Of a stretch of DNA of 64,000 bases, positions 36,649 through 46,500 are shown one piece after another (position 1 is the first letter of the stretch; each line of letters begins with the position of its first letter). Below the pieces are notes generated by a model. The model saw nothing but the letters and a program-made list of their open reading frames with translations. It was not told where the DNA came from and made no database searches. Source of the stretch: Dictyostelium discoideum (Eukaryota); contig CM000151.3 in assembly GCA_000004695.1 (NCBI GenBank), positions 7,840,001 to 7,904,000 of the forward strand, given 5' to 3'. A program made the position numbers and the translations under genes.

Positions 36649-36916
36649 TGTAATAAAGCTTGTTAGCTTTATAAATATATATAATTAATAATTATATAAT
36701 TGAATAATACTTTGTTATCTTTATTTAATATTAGTTTATATTTATAATATTCAATATTGTTTATAAAATTATTCTTTAGTATTTATATTATTTATAATGA
36801 GTTGACAGTATTATTATTATTATTATTATTATATTATTTAAATGTGTGTCAACTATAATTAGTAATGTAATATGCATATTTAATATCTATTAATTTTATA
36901 GAGTAACTTTATTACA
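36649..36916 (-). repeat. 5' LTR of the DGLT-A-like element (268 bp)
   Basis: Near-identical to 34327..34560 plus 31852..31885. Confidence 0.8.
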
Positions 36917-36949
36917 TTAGAATTAATTTACGTAATAAAACCTCTTTTG

Positions 36950-37070
36950 TAAGTTTGGAAACAAATCATCCCGTTCGATCTGATAAGTAAATCGACCTCA
37001 GGCCTTCCAAGTACTCTGGTTGGAGACAACAGGGGAACATAGGGTGCTGTATACTTTATTTACTCCGATT

Positions 37071-37104
<34 letters not shown>
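36950..37104 (+). pseudogene. 5'-truncated 5S rRNA sequence fused to a TRE5-B/C-type 3' terminus + A32 (chimeric retropseudogene)
   Basis: About 108 nt, taagtttggaaacaaatcatcccgttcgatctgataagtaaatcgacctcaggccttccaagtactctggttggagacaacaggggaacatagggtgctgtatactt. It carries the universal 5S helix IV/V features GTACT.GG.TGGAGAC and GGGAA.A.GGGTGCTGTA. It is directly followed by 'atttactccgattc' + A32. Compare the 3' tail 'gcgttactccattc'+An of the TRE5-like fragment ending at about 38155. It is flanked by aacctcttttg at 36939..36949 and 37103..37113. Confidence 0.65.
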
Positions 37105-37106
<2 letters not shown>

Positions 37107-37115
37107 CTTTTGCAT

Positions 37116-37199
37116 GACCCTGTAAAAAAAAAAAAAAAATAAAATAAAATGAGATCTAGAATCTCAAGGACAAGCAAATAATAATTGCGTTATCCAATT

Positions 37200-37231
<32 letters not shown>
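37116..37231 (+). mobile_element. Extreme 5'-truncated TRE5-A copy (terminal C-module only, about 85 nt + A31)
   Basis: tgaccctgt-A16-taaaataaaatgagatctagaatctcaaggacaagcaaataataattgcgttatccaattc + A31. This matches the 3' end of every TRE5-A copy in the window. It is flanked by cctcttttgca at 37105..37115 and 37232..37242. Confidence 0.7.
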
Positions 37232-37234
<3 letters not shown>

Positions 37235-37496
37235 CTTTTGCATTTATTACAATTATCTTAAATTTATGTCAAATAATATTTCAAATTAATAATTAATTAA
37301 TTTATTATAAATATAAAAAAATTATTTAATTTTAATTAGGCTGTTAATTTCATTGTTAAACGATAAAATCTATTAAATAAAAATATAAATAAATAAATTA
37401 ATATATAAAGTGTTTTAAAGATTATTAAATATAAAATAAAGATTAAATTTTAAATATAAATAAAAACTATAATATTTGTAAAATAATAATTACAAA

Positions 37497-37955
37497 AGAC
37501 CACTTTCGTTACATTTAAAGGTATAGATCGGAAATAAGATTACATTCAAGATAAAAGTGGAGCTTCCAAAATAACGTGGAGTGGAAATATTCAACAAACT
37601 GGATATTCCACTAACAGCCAACGCCATAGCTATAATATGTGAAAACATTTGGAAAAGAAGAAACAAAAGAATACACGAAGAAATCACTCTCAAAAACTTA
37701 AGAAAAGAAAAACCCAAACATCTTTTAATGAAAACGCAAGAAGCTGCCTGGGAAAGAACCAAAAAAACATATATAAATTAATAAGACAATCAAAAAAAGC
37801 AACAAAGATTGAAGCATCGAAAAAATTCAAATCCATCATCACCTCACAACTCGAAATATTCAGCAAAAACTAGAACTCTCCTCTATACATAGCAACACTA
37901 ATACCAAACCTAAACAAATATATAACATCACTCAACACACTCTATACCCTCAACA

Positions 37956-38018
<63 letters not shown>

Positions 38019-38155
38019 TAATACCACCCAAAAAAAAAAAAAAAAAAAAAAAAAGGGGACCATTGTAAAATTTAAACCTACTATAATGAAATGAGAAGAA
38101 TCTCTAGAAGAAGCAACTCACAATTGCGTTACTCCATTCAAAAAAAAAATTGTTC
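37497..38155 (+). mobile_element. Degenerate 5'-truncated TRE5-B/C-like non-LTR element 3' end (ORF2 C-terminus remnant + 3'UTR + poly(A))
   Basis: The frameshifted coding remnant 'ITWSGNIQQTGYSTNSQRHSYNM/ICENIWKRRNKRIHEEITLKN..KTQEAAWERTKK' is homologous to the TRE5-A ORF2 end 'HTWNVKILNHLQIALVANLIAIIFDKIWHKRNKLIHDEKEI..KTQRAAWDRTQ'. There is an A70 run at about 37968-38005. The terminal motif is 'aatgagaagaatctctagaagaagcaactcacaattgcgttactccattc' + A10. Confidence 0.55.
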
Positions 38156-38700
38156 GGAAATGATTTTTTTATATTTGATATTCTAACACTAAAGTTAGAA
38201 TTTTTAAAAAATCCTCGAAACCAACAAATTAAAGAGAGAAAAACTCAAAAAAATAAAAATAAATAATTTTTTATTTATTTTATTAAAGTTTTCTCCAGGT
38301 TTCTTTTATATAAGTGACATAATAGAAGGTTATTTATATTAATTTGTATTAATTTATATTAATTTATTATCTCTTCAATTGAAATAAATTGATTTTCAAA
38401 TAAACATTAAGATTTTTTTTTTTTATTGATGCTGTAAAGAGTGGACCAAAACCAATTATTTTTTTTATTTTTCAGTTTTTAATTTTTGTTTTTTTAGGCC
38501 AAAAAGCTTCCAACTAAACTAAATTAATAATTATTTGAAATTAAATTCGTAGTCTTATAATGTTTAATTAATTAATTATTATTCTAATTCTTTTACTATG
38601 ATTAATATTAAAAACTTTAAATAATGAAATTTCTAAACAGAACTTTGAAGTTCTCGAGATATCCGAAGTTCGGAAGGGGCCAATTTTTATAAAAAGTTAT

Positions 38701-38782
38701 CGACATCGGCAGGGTTCGAACCTGCGCCCCCGAAGGGATCTGATTTCTAGTCAGACGCATTAGACCACTTTGCTACGATGTC
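38701..38782 (-). tRNA. tRNA-Ser (anticodon AGA), type II
   Basis: Acceptor GACATCG/CGATGTC. D-stem GCA/TGC. Perfect anticodon stem TCTGA/TCAGA with loop CTAGAAA (AGA at 34-36). Long variable arm TCCCTTCGGGGGC (CCC-TTCG-GGG hairpin). T-arm GCAGG-TTCGAAC-CCTGC. Discriminator G. Confidence 0.85.
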
Positions 38783-38829
38783 TTTGAAGTTTAGAATGAA
38801 CGTCGTATCTCAAATTGTATGAAATTTAA

Positions 38830-39454
38830 GATTATTTCATTTTTCATATAAAAAAGACTTAAAAAACAAATAAATAAATAAATAAACTATTTTAAAAAGC
38901 CATCTTTTTACTTTATTGTAATTTATTATTTGTTTCGTTTTGAGAATTTTGCGTAGCAAAATTTTCAAAAAAAAAGCAAAAAATAATCAGATCGAAAAAA
39001 ACAAACAACAACAACAATCTCTTTTTTTGATTATTTCATTTTTCATATAAAAAAGACTTAAAAAACAAATAAATAAATAAATAAACTATTTTAAAAAGCC
39101 ATCTTTTTACTTTATTGTAATTTATTATTTGTTTCGTTTTGAGAATTTTGCGTAGCAAAATTTTCAAAAAAAAAGCAAAAAATAATCAGATCGAAAAAAA
39201 CAAACAACAACAACAATCTCTTTTTTTGATTATTTCATTTTTCATATAAAAAAGACTTAAAAAACAAATAAATAAATAAATAAACTATTTTAAAAAGCCA
39301 TCTTTTTACTTTATTGTAATTTATTATTTGTTTCGTTTTGAGAATTTTGCGTAGCAAAATTTTCAAAAAAAAAGCAAAAAATAATCAGATCGAAAAAAAC
39401 AAACAACAACAACAATCTCTTTTTTTGATTATTTCATTTTTCATATAAAAAAGA

Positions 39455-39505
<51 letters not shown>

Positions 39506-41211
39506 GGAACCAAGTTAATTAGAAAATTTCCAGATTTTTAACTTTTTAAAGAAAAATAAAAAAGATAGAAAGAAAATAAAATGAAAATCACAAACAACAC
39601 CACAAATATTAAGCAACACAAATGCCTACAAAAAATAAGCGAAATTGTGGATAAAACTCAATTAAAAAAAAAACAATTCAAATACGTCATAAACATCAAT
39701 CACGAACCAGACGATAAAATAAAAAAAGATTTAGAAAAAAGTTTGGACAAAAAAGATGTTTTAATCAAAAGTAATAATACATTCAAAATTCTCACAGACA
39801 GTATTAGTACAGTAATCTATTTTGTAAATATGTTTGATGCAGAATTAAAAGGACAATTTATAACCACTATAAGACCAAAAAATATGTATACAGATTTTGA
39901 TTGGTATAAATCACTCACAGAAATAGAATGGGTAATAGAAAATGAAGGATGTAAACTAATTAAATCAGAAATTAAAGGCGAAACTCTAATTATCAAAACA
40001 GTGAAAAGAGTCGTAGAAGAATTTGACACTATCATTGAACTAGACAATCTAACATTAATTGGACACTCCAACAAAGGATGGAGAGATCAAACCTCATTAC
40101 CAGAAAATCAAGAAGAAAACAAAAATAAAAAACAATCAGATGAACAACAACCACAATCTACATCAGAACAAATACCAAAACAAGGAAAAAGAACAATCAT
40201 TATCCCACCAATCACATCCTCATCTAATGATAAAACATTTATGGCCCTAGATGATACAGCTCAAAAGGTAATAGAAGCATCACTAGAAAACGTAGATGAA
40301 CTAACAAGAATAGAGAATGAGATCAATACACAATCGATAAACAATCAAGAAATTAAAACAAAATCAGAAAAACCTATCGAACCACCATCTCCATACAATA
40401 CACCAATAAAACAACACGGCGAAACAAAGGGACTAACAACGGAAGAAAAACTTAGAGAAGCAAATGATATCTTCGACTTCACCAGCCCAAACACTGATGC
40501 AATAAGAAAAATAGAATTCCCACTTTCAATCCCTTCAAATCAATGGTTCTTCTCCTCTCCAATAAAACATATCATGAGTTTCAGCCCAACCTATGGTACA
40601 CCATCGAAAATTATCGATTCACCAAGTAAATTGTTAAACACACCAAAAAAGAAACAACAAGACAAAACAAACAAGACCAACAAAACACCAGTCAAACCAA
40701 AATTGGGTGAATATGGACAAAAAAGCATAAAAACAAAAATGGATGAAGATATAGACAACTTCAACAAGGAAATTCTAAAACAAATCAATAAATCAAAAAA
40801 CCCCACAAACACACAAGACCAACAACACAATGAACAAAGTAAAGATCAGTTAGAAGACAAAATAAACCAGAAACTTCAAAAGGTAGATAAAAATCTACCC
40901 CAAATAAAACTATAAAGAAAAACACAATAAGAATAGGTGTTTGGAACGTCCAAGGATCCAACACCATCCAATCTGCCAGCATAATAAACACCGTTTTAGA
41001 CAACAACAAGCTGGACGCAGCACTTCTAACTGAAACAAATATAAAAACAAATAAAATTTACTCAATAAATCAACAATATAAAAACAAAATAACACACCAC
41101 GCACCAATTGATAAAACAGGACAAGGGGTGTCACAAATCATCATCAACACCCGCAATAGAACTTCCTAAACATCTCAAAAAATACAATAATTCACTCAGT
41201 ACTTTCTATAA

Positions 41212-41267
<56 letters not shown>

Positions 41268-41594
41268 CAAGTTAATCAGAAAAATAAAAAAGATAGAAAG
41301 AAAATAAAATGAAAATCACAAACAACACCACAAATATTAAGCAACACAAATGCCTACAAAAAATAAGCGAAATTGTGGATAAAACTCAATTAAAAAAAAA
41401 AAAACAATTCAAATACGTCATAAACATCAATCACGAACCAGACGATAAAATAAAAAAAGATTTAGAAAAAAGTTTGGACAAAAAAGATGTTTTAATCAAA
41501 AAGACCCTGTAAAAAAAAAAAAAAAATAAAATGAGATCTAGCATCTCAAGGAGAAGCAAATAATAATTGCGTTATCCAATTCAAAAAAAAAAAA
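38830..41594 (+). mobile_element. TRE5-A.2-like (ORF2-deleted) copy #2, 48 bp upstream of tRNA-Ser
   Basis: Same architecture and the same ORF2 deletion junction as copy #1. The A-module array has about 3.3 units (38830..~39455). ORF1 is at 39581..40915, ORF1' at 41309..41512, the C-module tail + A12 ends at 41594. The TSD 'ttgtatgaaatttaa' is at 38815..38829 and 41595..41609. The distance to the tRNA 5' end (38782) is 48 bp. Confidence 0.85.
39581..40915 (+). CDS. TRE5-A ORF1 protein (444 aa), copy #2
   Basis: Intact ORF, near-identical to 32301..33635. Confidence 0.85.
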   Translation: MKITNNTTNIKQHKCLQKISEIVDKTQLKKKQFKYVININHEPDDKIKKDLEKSLDKKDVLIKSNNTFKILTDSISTVIYFVNMFDAELKGQFITTIRPKNMYTDFDWYKSLTEIEWVIENEGCKLIKSEIKGETLIIKTVKRVVEEFDTIIELDNLTLIGHSNKGWRDQTSLPENQEENKNKKQSDEQQPQSTSEQIPKQGKRTIIIPPITSSSNDKTFMALDDTAQKVIEASLENVDELTRIENEINTQSINNQEIKTKSEKPIEPPSPYNTPIKQHGETKGLTTEEKLREANDIFDFTSPNTDAIRKIEFPLSIPSNQWFFSSPIKHIMSFSPTYGTPSKIIDSPSKLLNTPKKKQQDKTNKTNKTPVKPKLGEYGQKSIKTKMDEDIDNFNKEILKQINKSKNPTNTQDQQHNEQSKDQLEDKINQKLQKVDKNLPQIKL

Positions 41595-41904
41595 TTGTAT
41601 GAAATTTAAATTTTCAAAAAAAAGCAAAAAATAATCAGATCGAAAAAAAACAAACAACAACAACAATCTCTTTTTTTGATTATTTCATTTTTCATATAAA
41701 AAAGACTTAAAAAACAAATAAATAAATAAATAAACTATCTTAAAAAGCCATCTTTTTACTTTATTGTAATTTATTATTTGTTTCGTTTTGAGAATTTTGC
41801 GTAGCAAAATTTTCAAAAAAAAGCAAAAAATAATCAGATCGAAAAAAAACAAACAACAACAACAATCTCTTTTTTTGATTATTTCATTTTTCATATAAAA
41901 AAGA

Positions 41905-41971
<67 letters not shown>

Positions 41972-42047
41972 GGAACCCAAGTTAATCAGAAAATTTCCAG
42001 ATTTTTAACTTTTTAAAGAAAAATATAAAAAATAGAAAGAAAATAAA

Positions 42048-43382
42048 ATGAAAATCACAAACAACACCACAAATATTAAGCAACACAAATGCCTACAAAA
42101 AATAAGCGAAATTGTGGATAAAACTCAATTAAAAAAAAAACAATTCAAATACGTCATAAACATCAATCACGAACCAGACGATAAAATAAAAAAAGATTTA
42201 GAAAAAAGTTTGGACAAAAAAGATGTTTTAATCAAAAGTAATAATACATTCAAAATTCTCACAGACAGTATTAGTACAGTAATCTATTTTGTAAATATGT
42301 TCGATGCAGAATTAAAAGGACAATTTATAACCACTCTAAGACCAAAAAATATGTATACGGATTTCGATTGGTATAAATCACTCACAGAAATAGAATGGGT
42401 AATAGAAAATGAAGGATGTAAACTAATTAAATCTGAAATTAAAGGCGAAACTCTAATTATCAAAACAGTGAAAAGAGTCGTAGAAGAATATGACACTATC
42501 ATTGAACTAGACAATCTAACATTAATTGGTCACTCCAACAAAGGATGGAGAGATCAAACCTCATTACCAGAAAATCAAGAAGAAAACAAAAATAAAAAAC
42601 AATCAGATGAACAACAACCACAATCTACATCAGAACAAATACCAAAACAAGGAAAAAGAACAATCATTATCCCACCAATCACCTCCTCATCTAATGATAA
42701 AACATTTATGGCCCTAGATGATACAGCTCAAAAGGTAATAGATGCATCACTAGAAAACGTAGATGAACTAACAAGAATAGAGAATGAGATCAATACCCAA
42801 TCGATAAACAATCAAGAAATTAAAACAAAATCAGAAAAACCTATTGAACCACCATCTCCATACAATACACCAATAAAACAACACGGCGAAACAAAGAGAC
42901 TAACAACGGAAGAAAAACTTAGAGAGGTAAATGATATCTTCGACTTCACCAGCCCAAACACTGATGCAATAAGAAAAATAGAATTCCCACTTTCAATCCC
43001 TTCAAATCAATGGTTCTTCTCCTCTCCAATAAAACATATCATGAGTTTCAGCCCAACCTATGGTACACCATCGAAAATTATCGATTCACCAAGTAAATTG
43101 TTAAACACACCAAAAAACAAACAACAAGACAAAACAAACAGGACCAACAAAACACCAGTCAAACCAAAATTGGGTGAATATGGACAAAAAAGCATAAAAA
43201 CAAAAATGGATGAAGATATAGACAACTTCAACAAGGAAATTCTAAAACAAATCAGTAAATCAAAAAACCCCACAAACACACAAGACCAACAACACAACGA
43301 ACAAAGTAAAGATCAGTTAGAAGACAAAATAAACCAGAAACTTCAAAAGGTAGATAAAAATCTACCCCAAATAAAACTATAA
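42048..43382 (+). CDS. TRE5-A ORF1 protein (444 aa), copy #3
   Basis: Intact. It has a few substitutions relative to copies 1 and 2 (e.g. TTLRPKN, EEYDTI). Confidence 0.85.
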   Translation: MKITNNTTNIKQHKCLQKISEIVDKTQLKKKQFKYVININHEPDDKIKKDLEKSLDKKDVLIKSNNTFKILTDSISTVIYFVNMFDAELKGQFITTLRPKNMYTDFDWYKSLTEIEWVIENEGCKLIKSEIKGETLIIKTVKRVVEEYDTIIELDNLTLIGHSNKGWRDQTSLPENQEENKNKKQSDEQQPQSTSEQIPKQGKRTIIIPPITSSSNDKTFMALDDTAQKVIDASLENVDELTRIENEINTQSINNQEIKTKSEKPIEPPSPYNTPIKQHGETKRLTTEEKLREVNDIFDFTSPNTDAIRKIEFPLSIPSNQWFFSSPIKHIMSFSPTYGTPSKIIDSPSKLLNTPKNKQQDKTNRTNKTPVKPKLGEYGQKSIKTKMDEDIDNFNKEILKQISKSKNPTNTQDQQHNEQSKDQLEDKINQKLQKVDKNLPQIKL

Positions 43383-43594
43383 AGAAAAACACAATAAGAA
43401 TAGGTGTTTGGAACGTCCAAGGATCCAACACCATCCAATCTGCCAGCATAATAAACACCGTATTAGACAACAACAAGCTGGACGCAGCACTTCTAACTGA
43501 AACAAATATAAAAACAAATAAAATTTACTCAATAAATCAACAATATAAAAACAAAATAACACACCACGCACCAATTGATAAAACAGGACAAGGG

Positions 43595-46500
43595 GTGTCA
43601 CAAATCATCATCAACACCCAAATAAAAACAACAACAAAAACAATAAACGAAAGAATTATATCTTCCGAATGGATGATTGCAAAAACACAGATCAAATGCA
43701 CAACCATTTATGCCCCAGCAAAGTCAAACGAAAGACATGAATGGTATAAGGAAAATCTCACAGAAGAAATACTACACAGCGATATTATAACTGGAGACTT
43801 CAATGTAGACTGTTCAGTGGATAATAACCTTAACAAATATATTAAAACAATCTTCGACGAATTCGAATTTACAGAAATTAAGAATGGAATCACATTTCCA
43901 AGAAACAAATCAACCATCGATAGGGTCTTTGTCTCAAAGAAGATACTCCATCTAAACCCAATAGTTACTACTAAGGAAATCAAATTAAAATCTGATCACA
44001 ACATGGTAATCATTGAATTAAAAATACCAGAATACGAGCAACAAAAGAAAGGAGAAAGACTATGGAGACAAAACCTAGAAACTCTCAAAATGAATTCAAC
44101 CAGCCTCAAAATTAATAAAACAATTAAATACTACAATAAAAAATTCGAAGAGAACACCAGCAAATGGTACAAATTAAACATTTGCGAACAATGGTTGAAA
44201 CTAAAAGATGAAATAAAGAAACTGTCAATTAATATAGAAATTAGAGAAAGCAATAAAACCAAAAACAAACTAAAAGAACTCGCAGAAAAACTCGAAACAG
44301 CCAAAGATTCAAGAGCAATCTTCCTTAAAGAAGAGATCAACAATATTCTAAAGGAACAAGTAAGAATAAAACAAGCAAACCAAACCAACACCCACATCAA
44401 CAACAAAGAAACACCATCAAAATACTTAACCAGAAGGTTAAAAGTCCAAAGAAAGACAAATGAAATCCCTCAAATTCTAGATCCAAGCAACAATTGTTTG
44501 GTAACAAAAAACGAGGATATCCTCGAAGTAGCAAGAAGATATTACGAGAACCTGTACCAGAAGAGAGAATGCAACGAAGACACTCACCACGAACTCCTAA
44601 AAACATTCAATAAAAGGATTGATCAAAAGATATTGGACGAAATTAATCAACCAATAGAAGGATATGAAATCAGACTAGGCATTGAAAAAATACAAGAAGG
44701 AAAAGCACCTGGTAAAGATGGACTCCTTCCAACATTTTACAAAAACCACATTAATGAAATTCTACCAATAATATCAAAACTATACAATCACTTCTGGAAC
44801 ACAACAATCCCAAAGGACTTCAAACAAGGGATATTGATTACTATATATAAAAACAAAGGAGACCCAAACAACCTGGATAATTATAGACCAATAACACTTC
44901 TAAATGTCGATTACAAAATCTATTCGAAAATAATCAACAATAGGATCCTGAAGTTCTTAAACAAAATAATCTCACCATTCCAAACTGGATTCGTACCAAG
45001 AAGACTACTGCACGATAACATCATCACCTTAAACTCAACAATAGAAATAATAAAACGAGAGATTAACACAAAAGAGGATATGGAACCAATCATAACATTT
45101 TATGATTTTGAAAAAGCATTCGATTCAATCTCACATAACGCCATTCTACGTACTCTTGCACATCTAAAACTACCACTCAAAATGGTCCTCACAATAATGA
45201 ACTTACTCAATGAATCAGAAACATCAGTGTACATCAATAACTCATTATCTAAAAGCTTTACATCAAAAAGAGGAACCAAACAAGGTGATCCTATCTCTCC
45301 CACTATCTTCGCATTAGTGGTTGAATGCATGGCAACTACTATAATAAATGACCGCTGCATCAATGGTGTAACCAAAGAAACCATTAAAATACTACAGTTC
45401 GCCGATGATACAGCAACAATAGCATACAACTTTATGGACCATTTCCTCATGAATGAATGGATCAAGAAGTTTTGCCAAGCAACCAGCGCAAAAATAAACC
45501 AAACCAAATGCTCGTGTATCACTTTCAAATGGAACACCAGAACGCTATACACCGTCATAAAATCAAACGAAAGGTACCTCGGCTTTGACTTCAACAATAA
45601 GGGTATCAAATCCAAAATCAATACAATCTCAGACAACATCAGAGCTAAACTAGTAACATGGAACTCAACTTCATCAACCTATATGGGCAGACTCATAATG
45701 GCAAAAACATATGCACTATCTCAGTTAACGTTCCACACTTACATCAACACCACACCACAACACAATAGTATTGAAAATAACATCGTAAAATTCGTTTTCA
45801 ACACAAAATCTAAAAACTCTCTTTCACTACAAAGAAGACAAAACAACTATATCAATGGTGGCCTAAACTTATGGAACCTGAAGACAAGAGAACTAGCACA
45901 GAAAGCATGGTTATTCGAAAGATACCTCCACCAAAGAGTAAGTAACACTCCTAGTTCATATATAAAACTGTGGGAAGAGGAACTCAAAAACAACAACAAC
46001 AACAAAACAACAACAAAACAAAATCAACTACAACTACACTGGCAATGCAAGCAAGCATGGACCCAATTAAAAACTCCACAAAATAAACAAACACACTACG
46101 AACACCTCCCAAAATTAAAAAAAATATACGAAGATATGATGACAACTCAATCTCCTGAACACAACAAATTCATACCAACTCCTGGCCAAAAAGAAATAAT
46201 GACCAAAATTAATAGCAAACACCTTCCATTTAAAGAAATCAAAAAAATAATAAACATGAAAGGTAGAGATCTATTATGGAGATACACACTGAAAGCACTA
46301 CCAAAAATATACAACATGCCATGCCAACAGTGTGGGGAAGATGAGACCTCAGAACATATATTCTTCAACTGCAAAGCCCACATCAAAAACACACAAGAAA
46401 TCTTCAACTACACCCTAACTAAGTCTGGACACACCACTCACACCTGGAATGTGAAGATTTTAAACCATCTACAAATTGCACTAGTAGCCAATTTAATAGC

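Larger units (their letters stand above)
31852..36916 (-). mobile_element. Internally deleted DGLT-A-like Ty3/gypsy LTR retrotransposon. Its 3' LTR is split by the TRE5-A.2 insertion. It sits 14 bp upstream of tRNA-Leu.
   Basis: 268-bp LTRs at 36649..36916 and 31852..31885+34327..34560. Each begins TGTAATAAAG and ends CTTTATTACA (a 10-bp terminal inverted repeat, TG..CA). The PBS is 2 nt inside the 5' LTR. The PPT AAAAGGGGGGGATA abuts the 3' LTR. A flanking 4-bp TSD 'ttag' is at 31848..31851 and 36917..36920. The internal ORF 34573..36471 encodes gag, a CCHC knuckle, an aspartic protease and an integrase C-terminus. Confidence 0.8.

Noticed and set aside
38150-38700. Possible TRE3-type element downstream of tRNA-Ser
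   Set aside because: I see no ORF remnant, poly(A) or terminal structure in this segment. Only the upstream TRE5-B/C-like fragment (ending at about 38155) is recognisable.
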